From assembly GCA_000252485.1 (NCBI GenBank), contig JH610785.1, forward strand, positions 164 through 64,163: a stretch of 64,000 nucleotides of DNA. Direction: 5' to 3'. The DNA comes from Prochloron didemni P4-Papua_New_Guinea (GTDB lineage: Bacteria; Cyanobacteriota; Cyanobacteriia; Cyanobacteriales; Prochloraceae). Shown one piece after another: positions 35,227 to 45,579 of this stretch. The notes below the pieces were generated by a model. The model had not been told where the DNA came from. It saw only the letters and a program-made list of their open reading frames with translations, and made no database searches. Positions within the stretch are counted from its first letter, which is position 1; each line of letters begins with the position of its first letter. Made by a program: the position numbers and the translations under genes.

Positions 35227-37497
35227 ATGATTGCTACTGTTTCCAAATCTCCCAATGCCGAACAACTCCAAGCCAAGGAATGGCAAGGGTTTGTCGGGGG
35301 AACTTGGCTCGAGGAAATTGACGTTCGCGACTTCATTCAACACAACTATACCCCTTATAGCGGTGATCACGACTTCCTGGCCCCCGCAACCGAAGCCACG
35401 CAACACCTTTGGCAGCAGGTGTCCGACCTGATGCTGCTCGAACGGGAAAAAGGGATCTTGGATGTCGATACAAAAGTTCCCACCAGCATCACCGCCCACG
35501 CCCCGGGGTATATTGATCGCGAATTGGAGGCGATCGTCGGGCTGCAAACCGATAAGCCCCTCAAACGCGCGATAATGCCCTTTGGCGGCATTCGCGTGGT
35601 GAAAAAGTCCCTCGCCGCCTACGGTTACGAACTCGACCCGGAAACGGAGGCTATCTTCACAAAATACCGCAAAACTCACAACGATGGGGTTTTCGACGGT
35701 TATACCCGAGAAATGCGCCTCGCCCGTCATTCCGGCATTGTCACCGGATTGCCCGATGCCTACGGACGGGGGCGTATCATTGGAGACTATCGCCGGATCG
35801 CCCTCTATGGCATCGATCGCCTCACAATTGACAAACAGCAGCAGTTGCAGTCGTTAGAATTGGATGTTATTGATGAAGAGGTCATTCGTGATCGCGAGGA
35901 AATCTCGGAACAACTTCGCGCCCTACAAGAATTGAAGGCCATGGGGGCACGTTACGGCTTCGATCTCTCCCGTCCGGCTGCCACGGCAAAAGAAGCGGTA
36001 CAGTGGCTTTATTTTGGCTATTTGGGGGCTGTGAAGGAACAAAATGGGGCGGCCATGTCCTTGGGTCGGACTTCCACTTTCCTCGATATCTATTGCGAAC
36101 GCGATTTGCAAGCAAGCCAGGCTACAGAATCAGAAATCCAAGAACTGATGGATCATTTCGTGATGAAACTGCGCATGGTGCGGTTTCTGCGGACTCCGGA
36201 ATACAATCAACTGTTTTCCGGGGATCCGACTTGGGTGACGGAATGTATCGGGGGAATGGGGGAAGACGGTCGTACCCTCGTCACCAAGAACAGTTTCCGG
36301 ATGTTACAAACCCTGTACAATTTGGGTGCTGCCCCGGAACCCAATTTAACAGTACTCTGGTCGGAACGCTTGCCTTTGCCTTTCCGTCAATTCTGCGCCC
36401 GCGTCTCCATTGACACCAGTTCCATTCAATACGAAAATGACGACCTGATGCGTCCTTATTGGGGGGATGACTACGGGATTGCTTGTTGCGTTTCGGCGAT
36501 GCGGATCGGCAAGCAAATGCAGTTCTTTGGGGCGCGGGTGAATCTGGCCAAAGCGTTACTCTACGCCATAAACGGAGGTAAGGACGAAAAAAGCGGAGAC
36601 CAAATTGCGCCTCAGTTTGCCCCGATCGCCGGTACGGTCTTAGATTACGATGAAGTGATGGCCAAGTTCGACCAAATGTTGGACTGGTTGGCCCGGGTGT
36701 ATGTCAATGCCCTCAATGTCATTCACTACATGCACGATAAATACTGTTACGAACGCTTGGAAATGGCGTTGCATGATCGCGATATTTATCGGACGATGGC
36801 TTGCGGGGTGGCGGGTTTATCGGTGGTGGCCGACTCCCTTGCGGCGATTAAATATGCCACGGTGACAGTGAAGCGGGACGATCGCGGTCTGGCGGTAGAT
36901 TACGAGATTGACGGGGATTTTCCCAAGTTTGGCAATAACGATCCTCGGGTTGATCGCATCACCTCGGATCTGGTGGAACGGTTTATGAACAAAGTGCGCC
37001 AGCATAAGACCTATCGTAACGCCACGCCGACCCAATCGATCTTGACCATTACCTCCAATGTCGTCTATGGCAAGAAAACCGGCAGTACCCCCGACGGACG
37101 CAAAGCCGGAGAACCCTTTGCCCCCGGTGCTAACCCCATGCACGGACGGGATACCAAAGGTGCGATCGCGGCGTTAGAATCGGTGGCACAATTGCCCTAC
37201 GACCACGCCCGAGATGGCATTTCCTACACCTTCTCCATCGTGCCTCAAGCATTAGGGAAAAACGAAGGCGATCGCGCGAGCAATTTGGTCGGTTTGTTGG
37301 ATGGATATTTCCACAACACCGGGCATCACATCAATGTCAACGTTCTCAACCGGGAAACGTTGGTGGATGCGATGGAACACCCAGAAAAATATCCCCAGCT
37401 TACAATCCGAGTGTCCGGTTATGCGGTGAATTTTGTCAAGCTCACCCGCGAACAGCAACTCGATGTCATTAACCGTACCTTCCACAAGCAGTTTTAA
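35227..37497 (+). CDS. pflB: pyruvate formate-lyase (formate C-acetyltransferase)
   Basis: [26 protein letters not shown]-terminus, active-site GIACCVSAM and glycyl-radical motif [11 protein letters not shown]. Start set at the ATG at 35227, preceded by GGAAGGAGG. The tracked ORF starts at the TTG at 35152. Confidence 0.9.
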   Translation: MIATVSKSPNAEQLQAKEWQGFVGGTWLEEIDVRDFIQHNYTPYSGDHDFLAPATEATQHLWQQVSDLMLLEREKGILDVDTKVPTSITAHAPGYIDRELEAIVGLQTDKPLKRAIMPFGGIRVVKKSLAAYGYELDPETEAIFTKYRKTHNDGVFDGYTREMRLARHSGIVTGLPDAYGRGRIIGDYRRIALYGIDRLTIDKQQQLQSLELDVIDEEVIRDREEISEQLRALQELKAMGARYGFDLSRPAATAKEAVQWLYFGYLGAVKEQNGAAMSLGRTSTFLDIYCERDLQASQATESEIQELMDHFVMKLRMVRFLRTPEYNQLFSGDPTWVTECIGGMGEDGRTLVTKNSFRMLQTLYNLGAAPEPNLTVLWSERLPLPFRQFCARVSIDTSSIQYENDDLMRPYWGDDYGIACCVSAMRIGKQMQFFGARVNLAKALLYAINGGKDEKSGDQIAPQFAPIAGTVLDYDEVMAKFDQMLDWLARVYVNALNVIHYMHDKYCYERLEMALHDRDIYRTMACGVAGLSVVADSLAAIKYATVTVKRDDRGLAVDYEIDGDFPKFGNNDPRVDRITSDLVERFMNKVRQHKTYRNATPTQSILTITSNVVYGKKTGSTPDGRKAGEPFAPGANPMHGRDTKGAIAALESVAQLPYDHARDGISYTFSIVPQALGKNEGDRASNLVGLLDGYFHNTGHHINVNVLNRETLVDAMEHPEKYPQLTIRVSGYAVNFVKLTREQQLDVINRTFHKQF

Positions 37498-37705
37498 GGC
37501 TGTGGGGCAGAAGCGTTGGCTTTTGCCCTTTTCTTTGACTGTCCCTCTCATTCGAGATCCGCCAGGGATTGAAAATCCCACCTCTCATACAAAAAATCCA
37601 TTGAAATGGATTGGGGCAATACGGTTTTACCTCGTTTATGCGAATTCACTGGTCTTTCAACAACATCTCGATCGCCCCTCTTTTATCCTTAATCAGTGCA
37701 AAACC

Positions 37706-38434
37706 ATGTCTCTAACTGGACGCATTCACTCCATCGAAACTTGCGGTACCGTTGACGGTCCGGGCTTGCGCTTTGTGGTCTTTACCCAAGGATGTCCCCT
37801 GCGGTGTCTCTACTGTCATAACCCCGATTGTCGCGAGGTGACGGGGGGTCGAGAAGTGACGGTGGAGGAATTGATGGAGGAGATCGATCGCTATGCTTCC
37901 TATATCAAAAATGGGGGCGTAACGGTGACTGGGGGAGAACCGATGATGCAGCCGGAATTCGTCACGGAATTGTTGCATCAGTGTCAGCTTAAAGGCATTC
38001 ACACGGCGATCGATACCTCCGGTTACGTTACCCTTGAAGCCGCCAAACCCATCCTCGATCGCGCCGATCTGGTGCTATTGGATATCAAGTCCTTCGACCC
38101 CACGATCTATCGTCGCGTCACCAGTGTCAGCTTGCAACCGACCCTGAATTTTGCCAAACATTTGCAGGCGATCGGCAAACCCACTTGGATTCGTTTTGTA
38201 CTGGTGCCGGATCTGACCGATCCGAGGGACAATGTGGCGGGTTTAGCTGAGTTTATCGGTACGTTGGACAATGTGGAACGAGTAGAAGTTCTACCGTTTC
38301 ACAAAATGGGGGAATACAAATGGGAAGCCTTGGGGTATCCCTACCAGCTTCAGAATACTCCACCCCCCACCCCCGAAGCGATCGCCAATACCGTCCAACA
38401 GTTCGAGAAACGCGGTTTGACTGTCGTTGTATAG
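37706..38434 (+). CDS. pflA: pyruvate formate-lyase activating enzyme (radical SAM)
   Basis: GRIHSIETCGTVDGPGLRFVVFTQGCPLRCLYCHNPD (CX3CX2C) and GGVTVTGGEP. The start ATG at 37706 lies inside the tracked ORF. Confidence 0.9.
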   Translation: MSLTGRIHSIETCGTVDGPGLRFVVFTQGCPLRCLYCHNPDCREVTGGREVTVEELMEEIDRYASYIKNGGVTVTGGEPMMQPEFVTELLHQCQLKGIHTAIDTSGYVTLEAAKPILDRADLVLLDIKSFDPTIYRRVTSVSLQPTLNFAKHLQAIGKPTWIRFVLVPDLTDPRDNVAGLAEFIGTLDNVERVEVLPFHKMGEYKWEALGYPYQLQNTPPPTPEAIANTVQQFEKRGLTVVV

Positions 38435-38665
38435 CGATCCATCCGCCAGTCGATCCACTAGGACTTAAAAATCCCCATCTCATTAAAAAAATCCATTGAA
38501 ATGGACAATCATTCTGTTAAATGTCTCAACATTGAATACTGTAGTCCTCTAAAGAAGGTTTCTCCAATGAGATGGGGAATTTGATTCCCCGGCGGAAAGG
38601 AGGATTGATCGCAAAATCAACCTTATATTGCACTTTGCACTCATTTTTTCCACGGAGACTCGACA

Positions 38666-41323
38666 ATGACAGAAAATCTAACAGTAACGACATCTGAAGA
38701 ACTTGATGCCCTCATCGCCCGCGTCAAGATTGCCCAACAACGCTACGCCACCTATACTCAAGCACAGGTAGACGAGATCTTTCAACAGGCCGCCCTTGCC
38801 GCCAATGCGGCCCGCATTCCCTTAGCCAAACAAGCCGTCGCCGAAACCCGTATGGGAATCGTGGAAGACAAGGTGATTAAAAATCACTTTGCTTCGGAGA
38901 TGATCTACAACAAATACAAACACGAGAAAACCTGCGGCATTATTGAATCCGACAATACTTACGGCTACCAAAAAATTGCCGAACCCGTGGGCATTTTAGC
39001 GGGAATCGTCCCCACGACCAACCCCACCTCCACGGCAGTTTTTAAGGCACTCTTAGCCTTAAAAACCCGTAACGGTATTATTTTCTCCCCCCACCCCCGC
39101 GCCAAAGACTGTACCATCGCCTCCGCTAAAATCGTCCTCGAAGCCGCGATCACCGCCGGTGCCCCTCCCGATATCATTGGATGGATCGATGCCCCTTCCG
39201 TCCCTCTTTCCCAACAATTAATGAGTCACGAGGATGTTAAACTCATCCTTGCAACCGGGGGACCGGGGATGGTGAAAGCCGCCTATTCTTCCGGACATCC
39301 TTCCATCGGAGTCGGGGCGGGAAATGTGCCGGCAGTCATTGATGCTACCGCCGATATTCAAACCGCCGTCAGTTCGATTCTACTCAGCAAAACCTTTGAC
39401 AATGGTACCATCTGCGCCAGCGAACAGTCGGCGATCGTAGAAGAATCCATTTACGATCGCACCCGACAGGAATTCAGCGATCGCGGTGCCTATTTCCTCG
39501 AAGGGGAAGACTTGGAGAAGATGCGGCGGTGTATCATCGTCAACGAACGGATCAATGCAGATATTGTCGGTCAATCAGTACAAACCATCGCGCAACTGGC
39601 TGGCATTTCCGTTCCCGTCGGCTGTAAAGTGCTCATTGGGGAAGTCTCGGAAATCGGTCCGAATGAACCTTTGGCCTATGAAAAACTCTCTCCCATTCTG
39701 GCCATGTACAAAGCGGTCAACTTTGACGAGGCGGTAGAGAAAGCCAAAGCACTGACAGAATTTGGCGGTCGGGGTCACACTTCGGTCCTCTACACCAACC
39801 CTGCCAACCAAGGGCATATCATTAAATTTGAGGATACGCTACAAACCGCCCGGGTGCTGATCAATACCCCCTCTTCTCAAGGGGCGATCGGCGACCTCTA
39901 CAACTTCCACCTCGATCCCTCCCTCACCCTCGGATGCGGGAGTTGGGGGGGAAATTCCACCTCGGACAATATTACCCCCCATCACCTCCTCAATATCAAA
40001 ACCGTCTCTCAACGACGGGAAAATATGCTCTGGTTCCGGGTACCGCCGAAGATATACTTCAAATATGGCTGTTTGCCCGTGGCTTTGCACGATCTAGAAG
40101 GAAAACACCGCGCCTTTATTGTCACCGACAAGCCCCTCTTTGACTTGGGAATGAGCGATCACATCACCCATGTCTTGGATGAGATGGGCATCACCCACTA
40201 TATCTTCGACGATGTGGAACCAGATCCGAAACTGAGTACCGTCGAAGAAGGATTGGCCGCCATGAAACGCTTCCAACCGGATGTTATTATCGCGATCGGC
40301 GGCGGGTCTCCCATGGATGCAGCCAAGGTCATGTGGTTGATGTACGAACATCCAGAGACGGAGTTTGACGGCTTTGCGACCCGGTTTATGGATATTCGCA
40401 AGCGGGTCTACGAATTGCCCCCCTTAGGTCAAAAGGCGATTTTAGTGGCCATTCCCACCACCTCCGGGACAGGTTCGGAAGTCACGCCGTTTGCAGTCGT
40501 CACCGACCAACGGACGGGAATTAAATACCCCCTTGCCGATTATGCCCTAACCCCGACGATGGCGATCGTCGATCCGGAATTTGTGCTGCACATGCCCAAG
40601 AAATTGACCGCCTATGGTGGGGTTGATGCTTTGACTCATGCGATCGAAGCCTATGTTTCGGTGATGGCGACGGAGTATACTAACGGCCTCGCCCTCGAAG
40701 CCATTCGCCTCTTGATGCAATACCTTCCGCGTGCCTATCATGAAGGAGCAAAAGATCCGGAAGCCCGAGAAAAAGTGCATTATGCAGCGACGATCGCCGG
40801 GATGGCCTTTGCCAATGCCTTCTTGGGAATCTGTCACTCCCTAGCCCACAAACTCGGTTCGACGTTCCACGTGGCCCACGGTCTGGCCAATGCGCTGATG
40901 ATTTGCCATACCATCCGCTACAATGCCACGGATGTCCCCTTCAAACAAGCCATTTTCCCCCAATATAAATACCCTAACGCCAAGCATCGCTATGGGGAGA
41001 TTGCCGATGCCCTCAATTTGGGGGGAATGACGGAGGATGAGAAGGTCGAACGGTTGATCGCTGCCATTGAAGATCTCAAGCGTCAAGTGGATATTCCCGC
41101 GACTATTCGGGAAGTGCTGTCCGGAGGAGAAGGTGAGTTTCGTGATCGCGTTGATACAATGGCCGAACAAGCCTTTGACGACCAATGCACGGGATCGAAT
41201 CCTCGCTATCCCTTGATTGCCGATCTCAAACAATTGTATCTCGCGGCTTACTACGGCGATACCTTTGATGGGGAAGCATCTGTACCGTCAACGGAGTCGT
41301 TAAACCATCCCGTTAATGTTTGA
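38666..41323 (+). CDS. adhE: bifunctional acetaldehyde-CoA/alcohol dehydrogenase
   Basis: 885 aa. N-terminal ALDH domain (catalytic ..NGTICASEQS..) and C-terminal Fe-ADH domain (GGGSPMDAAK, the His cluster ..CHSLAHKLG..). Confidence 0.9.
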   Translation: MTENLTVTTSEELDALIARVKIAQQRYATYTQAQVDEIFQQAALAANAARIPLAKQAVAETRMGIVEDKVIKNHFASEMIYNKYKHEKTCGIIESDNTYGYQKIAEPVGILAGIVPTTNPTSTAVFKALLALKTRNGIIFSPHPRAKDCTIASAKIVLEAAITAGAPPDIIGWIDAPSVPLSQQLMSHEDVKLILATGGPGMVKAAYSSGHPSIGVGAGNVPAVIDATADIQTAVSSILLSKTFDNGTICASEQSAIVEESIYDRTRQEFSDRGAYFLEGEDLEKMRRCIIVNERINADIVGQSVQTIAQLAGISVPVGCKVLIGEVSEIGPNEPLAYEKLSPILAMYKAVNFDEAVEKAKALTEFGGRGHTSVLYTNPANQGHIIKFEDTLQTARVLINTPSSQGAIGDLYNFHLDPSLTLGCGSWGGNSTSDNITPHHLLNIKTVSQRRENMLWFRVPPKIYFKYGCLPVALHDLEGKHRAFIVTDKPLFDLGMSDHITHVLDEMGITHYIFDDVEPDPKLSTVEEGLAAMKRFQPDVIIAIGGGSPMDAAKVMWLMYEHPETEFDGFATRFMDIRKRVYELPPLGQKAILVAIPTTSGTGSEVTPFAVVTDQRTGIKYPLADYALTPTMAIVDPEFVLHMPKKLTAYGGVDALTHAIEAYVSVMATEYTNGLALEAIRLLMQYLPRAYHEGAKDPEAREKVHYAATIAGMAFANAFLGICHSLAHKLGSTFHVAHGLANALMICHTIRYNATDVPFKQAIFPQYKYPNAKHRYGEIADALNLGGMTEDEKVERLIAAIEDLKRQVDIPATIREVLSGGEGEFRDRVDTMAEQAFDDQCTGSNPRYPLIADLKQLYLAAYYGDTFDGEASVPSTESLNHPVNV

Positions 41324-41398
41324 TTTTTTCGTCTCTCAACATTTTTTGAATTGATAATTTTGAATTGATAATTTTGAATTTTGAATTGATTTGCTGAT

Positions 41399-44143
41399 AT
41401 GCTATTAACCCCAACGCTACCCTCTACAATTACCCCCGATCCCGCTTACGATATCCTGCGGACGGAACATCAAGCCCTTGATGCCATATTCAACCCCGAG
41501 ACCGTCGCCATCATTGGTGCTAGCGAAAAAAAGGGATCCGTCGGTCGTACCCTGTTATGGAATATGGTGCAAAATCCCTTTGGCGGGACGGTATTTCCCG
41601 TGAATCCCAAACGCAAAAGCATTTTGGGGATTAAGGCTTATCCCAGTATCGCAGACGTTCCCGACGCGGTAGATCTTGCCATCATCGCTACCCCGGCTCC
41701 CACAGTCCCCGCCATCGTGCGAGAATGTGCAACAGTGGGAGTCAAAGGGGCGATCGTCATTTCGGCAGGTTTTAAGGAAGTCGGAGAAAAGGGTCAACTC
41801 CTCGAACGAGAAGTGTTACAAGCCGCCCGAGAAGGCGGTTTGCGTTTGATTGGTCCCAACTGCTTGGGCGTGATGAACCCCCATCGCGGTCTCAATGCCA
41901 CTTTTGCCGCAGCGATGGCCAATCCCGGTAATGTGGGCTTTATCAGTCAAAGTGGTGCCCTGTGTACCTCGATTTTAGATTGGAGTTTTCGCGAGAATGT
42001 CGGGTTTAGTGCCTTCGTCTCCATCGGTTCCATGTTAGATGTAGACTGGGGCGATCTAATCGACTATTTTGGCGACGATCCCCATACCCAGAGTATTGCG
42101 ATTTATATGGAGTCGATCGGGAATGCGCGATCGTTCCTCTCTGCGGCGCGGGAGGTGGCACTCTCCAAACCGATTATCTTGATAAAATCGGGACGCACGG
42201 CTTTGGCGGCAAAAGCTGCAACGTCTCACACGGGGGCATTGACAGGTAGCGATGAGGTCTTAGATGCGGCATTTCAACGGTGTGGTGTCCTGCGAGTGGA
42301 GACTATTGACGAACTCTTTAACATGACGGAGGTTTTGGCCAAAGAACCCCGTCCCAAGGGTCGCAAGCTGACGATCATCACCAATGCGGGAGGCCCCGGC
42401 GTACTGGCGACGGATGCACTGATTCGCGGCGGTGGAGAATTAGCCCCTTTGTCAGATGAGGTGAAAGCCAAGCTGGATGACTGTTTGCCCTCGGCTTGGA
42501 GTGGCAGCAATCCCATCGATATTTTAGGGGATGCCGACCCGCAACGCTATCGGGAGGCGGTGGCGATCACGGCGGAAAATCCCGACAGCGACGGACTTTT
42601 GGTGGTGCTGACCCCTCAAGCCATGACGCAACCCAGCGCGATTGCCGAGGAACTCATCCCCTATCGTCAGTTGAAAAAGCCCCTACTGGCCAGTTGGATG
42701 GGGGGACAAGCGGTGGCTGATGGGGAAATTCAACTCAATCAAGCGGGGATTTTTACGTTTCCCTATCCGGATAGGGCGGCGCAGGTGTTTAATTTAATGG
42801 GGCAGTATAGTTATAACCTCGCCAGTCTCTACGAAACCCCTTCTCCCTTGCCTTCGGGACAAGTCAATCGCGATCGCGTTGCCGATCTGATTGCTGGGGT
42901 GCGGCGATCAGGGCGAAAACTCCTAACGGAATGGGAGGCGAAGGAAGTTCTGGCGGCCTATGGCATTCCCACGGTTCCTACCCGTATTGCCGAAACGGAA
43001 GAAGCAGTGATCGCTCGAGCCAATGAGTTGGGCTATCCGGTGGTGCTCAAACTCCATTCTCCCACGATTACCCACAAAACCGATGTGGGGGGTGTAAAGT
43101 TGAATCTCTGCCATGCTGAGGCGGTTAAAACGGCATATCGTGCCATTCAAGCTGCTGTCTCTCCCACGGATTTTGCCGGGGTGACGGTGCAGCCGATGCT
43201 AGATTTGAACGAGGGTTACGAATTGATTGCTGGAAGTAGCATCGATCCCCAATTCGGTCCGGTACTGGTGTTTGGTTTGGGGGGACAGTTGGTGGAGGTG
43301 TTCCGTGATCGCGCCATCGCCCTTCCGCCCCTCAATACGACCCTCGCCAAACGCATGATGGAGCAAACCCGCATCTACCAAGCCTTACAGGGGGTACGCG
43401 GTCGAGAGGCGGTGGACTTGCCCGCCTTAGAAAAGCTATTGGTGCGTTTCAGTCAGTTGGTGGTGGAACAGTCGGCGATCGCGGAGATTGACATCAATCC
43501 GCTGCTCGCGAAGGCAGATGGGATACTGGCACTCGATGCTCGTATTGTACTGCACGAGGAAACGGAAACCTTCCCCCAACCTGCCATCCGTCCCTATCCC
43601 AGCCAATATATCACCTCATGGCAACTGCGAGACGGTCGCCCCGTAACCATTCGTCCGATTTCCCCGGAAGATGAGCCTGTGATCGTACGGTTTCATCGCA
43701 CTCTCTCAGAAGAAAGCGTGTATTTGCGCTATTTTCACATGATGAAGTTAAGCAGTCGCATTCGTCACGATCGCTTGACGCGGATCTGTTTCATCGACTA
43801 CGATCGCGAGATGGCTTTGGTGGCGGAATGTGAAAATGCAGAAACGGGGGAGGGAGAAATTTTAGGGGTGGCTCGTTTGAGCAAGCTGCACGGTTGCAAC
43901 GATGCCGAATTTGCCATGTTAGTGAGTGATCGCTATCAAGGGCAAGGTTTGGGTACGGAACTTCTCAAACAGCTTATCTTGGTGGGTAAAGCCGAAGGTT
44001 TGGAGAATATTCAAGCGGAAATTCTCTGGGAAAACTCCGCCATGCAGCGTGTCAGTCGCAAGCTGGGTTTTGAAATTGGCAAACCGATGGATGGTTTGGT
44101 AACGGCAAATCTGGCAATCTTGACTCTCCCCGCTCTTGCATAG
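41399..44143 (+). CDS. ADP-forming acetyl-CoA synthetase-like protein fused to a C-terminal GNAT acetyltransferase (Pat/PatZ-type architecture)
   Basis: CoA-binding [21 protein letters not shown] and SQSGAL, an ATP-grasp part ([12 protein letters not shown]..) and a C-terminal GNAT motif [12 protein letters not shown]. Confidence 0.8.
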   Translation: MLLTPTLPSTITPDPAYDILRTEHQALDAIFNPETVAIIGASEKKGSVGRTLLWNMVQNPFGGTVFPVNPKRKSILGIKAYPSIADVPDAVDLAIIATPAPTVPAIVRECATVGVKGAIVISAGFKEVGEKGQLLEREVLQAAREGGLRLIGPNCLGVMNPHRGLNATFAAAMANPGNVGFISQSGALCTSILDWSFRENVGFSAFVSIGSMLDVDWGDLIDYFGDDPHTQSIAIYMESIGNARSFLSAAREVALSKPIILIKSGRTALAAKAATSHTGALTGSDEVLDAAFQRCGVLRVETIDELFNMTEVLAKEPRPKGRKLTIITNAGGPGVLATDALIRGGGELAPLSDEVKAKLDDCLPSAWSGSNPIDILGDADPQRYREAVAITAENPDSDGLLVVLTPQAMTQPSAIAEELIPYRQLKKPLLASWMGGQAVADGEIQLNQAGIFTFPYPDRAAQVFNLMGQYSYNLASLYETPSPLPSGQVNRDRVADLIAGVRRSGRKLLTEWEAKEVLAAYGIPTVPTRIAETEEAVIARANELGYPVVLKLHSPTITHKTDVGGVKLNLCHAEAVKTAYRAIQAAVSPTDFAGVTVQPMLDLNEGYELIAGSSIDPQFGPVLVFGLGGQLVEVFRDRAIALPPLNTTLAKRMMEQTRIYQALQGVRGREAVDLPALEKLLVRFSQLVVEQSAIAEIDINPLLAKADGILALDARIVLHEETETFPQPAIRPYPSQYITSWQLRDGRPVTIRPISPEDEPVIVRFHRTLSEESVYLRYFHMMKLSSRIRHDRLTRICFIDYDREMALVAECENAETGEGEILGVARLSKLHGCNDAEFAMLVSDRYQGQGLGTELLKQLILVGKAEGLENIQAEILWENSAMQRVSRKLGFEIGKPMDGLVTANLAILTLPALA

Positions 44144-44341
44144 ACGGGGATTCGCAAGCAGTCCATTTCTGGACTCTTGCAGGCTTGGTCAAAGCGCCGC
44201 TACTGACTCCTTTAAGAGATAATCCTAAAGTCGCCGCTATTTTTCTTAAAATGTTGGCTGCACCATTAGACATCTCCAAAAAAGAAATTAATTTTCTTTT
44301 TTGTGCTATAATTTAGTTAAATCACTCTAATAAACAAAAAA

Positions 44342-45286
44342 ATGGTTGAAATTGTTACCCACATCAAACAGAATCCAAACTCAACAAAAAGAGTCTTAGG
44401 ATTAAGCAATGAACAACTAAATATGCTAATAGATAAGGCTAAAAAATCTGAGAAAAAAAGGAAGGAAGAAATCGCTAAAACAGAAATTAGATTAATCAAA
44501 CCTGGTGGAGGCAGAAAATAAATTCAAAATAAAGAAGAACAAATTATTTTAACATTATTTTATTTGCATAATCACCCAACATTTGAAATTCCTAGAATCT
44601 ATTTTAAAGTGAGTGAATCGACAGCGAAATAAGGACTGTTTCCCGGTTTCTTCAAGAAACCGGGAAACAATCGATTTTTTTTTCATTATTGGCTAAATAT
44701 TTTGAGTGAAATTTTACCTAGCAGTTTGCTAGAACAAGTAAAAAAAAATCCAAGTGATGAGAAATGGGTAAAGGAAATTTTAGCTGCGGCAATAATTACT
44801 TGTAGATAGCTGTGAACAAGATAGAGAAAGACCTTCTAATTATGAAAAGCAGAAACAATATTATTCTGGTAAAAAGAAAAGACACAATGAAAAAAAAATC
44901 AAATAATCACTACTCCTAATGGTCAAGAAATAGTTGATATAATAGTAGGAGAACCAGGGCCTAAAAGCGATATTGTTTTATGGCGAGAACAATCAAAAAA
45001 ATTAGAAGAAACTCAAAAATACAATGGAGACAAAGCTTAGATAGGAGAATAACGAATAAAAACAGCAAAAAAGAAACCAAAAAACAAGGAAATACCAGGG
45101 TCAATCAAAGAAGATAATAAGAAAAAATCTCAGGAAAGAATCTTTGTGGAACATTTGATCAGAATTCTCAAAATATTTAGAGTTGCCTCGGAAAGATTCC
45201 GCCTAAATAGCAAAAATTATTCACAAGTGATTTTGACAGTTGGTGGCTTAGTAAGACTCAGAATAGGAGCCTTGATTTTAAGTTAG
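44342..45286 (+). pseudogene. DDE_Tnp_4-type transposase, multiple stops and frameshifts
   Basis: Recognisable pieces: ..KPGGGRK*..EEQIILTLFYLHNHPTFE....F.VSESTA.. (HTH_Tnp_4-like) and ..RIFVEHLIRILKIFRVASERFRL...Y..VILTVGGLVRLR (C-terminal DDE block). They are separated by several stops. Confidence 0.55.
44645..44677. repeat. 33-nt perfect palindrome TGTTTCCCGGTTTCTT-CA-AGAAACCGGGAAACA nested in the transposase pseudogene
   Basis: Splits ..VSESTAK from FHYWLNIL.. Shares the AGAAACCGGG core with the MITE family at 1818-2049. Confidence 0.7.
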
Positions 45287-45579
45287 TTTTTAGCTGGATA
45301 GTAATGAAAAAATAAATATTCATTGCTCAATTTTTCACTAAATTAGTATTAGCAAATAGTGCAAAGCCTTATAATTTCGTTACCATGCGCACTCTTCGCA
45401 GATCGCTACGCGAGCGCCAAGATCGCATAGGTGACATCCGAAAGCTACTCTACTGTTTGGCGAAGCCATTCCTGGAGATGTCTATTGCAGTCAGCGTTAA
45501 TCAGAGTAATACCAAATCCGCTTATGATAGTAGAGTAACAATTGGATAAATATATAGGGTTTGCTGATAAAGGCGCACT

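Larger units (their letters stand above)
44267..45484. mobile_element. decayed IS5-superfamily (DDE_Tnp_4 / Harbinger-like) insertion sequence
   Basis: 12-bp terminal inverted repeats TAGACATCTCCA (44267-44278) / TGGAGATGTCTA (45473-45484) enclose a 1.2-kb AT-rich segment holding transposase remnants. Confidence 0.5.

Noticed and set aside
35185-44279. Many 60-180-aa ORFs antisense to or out of frame within pflB, pflA, adhE and the acs-GNAT gene
   Set aside because: The GC-rich island suppresses stop codons in alternative frames. All of these overlap strongly supported genes and lack motifs.
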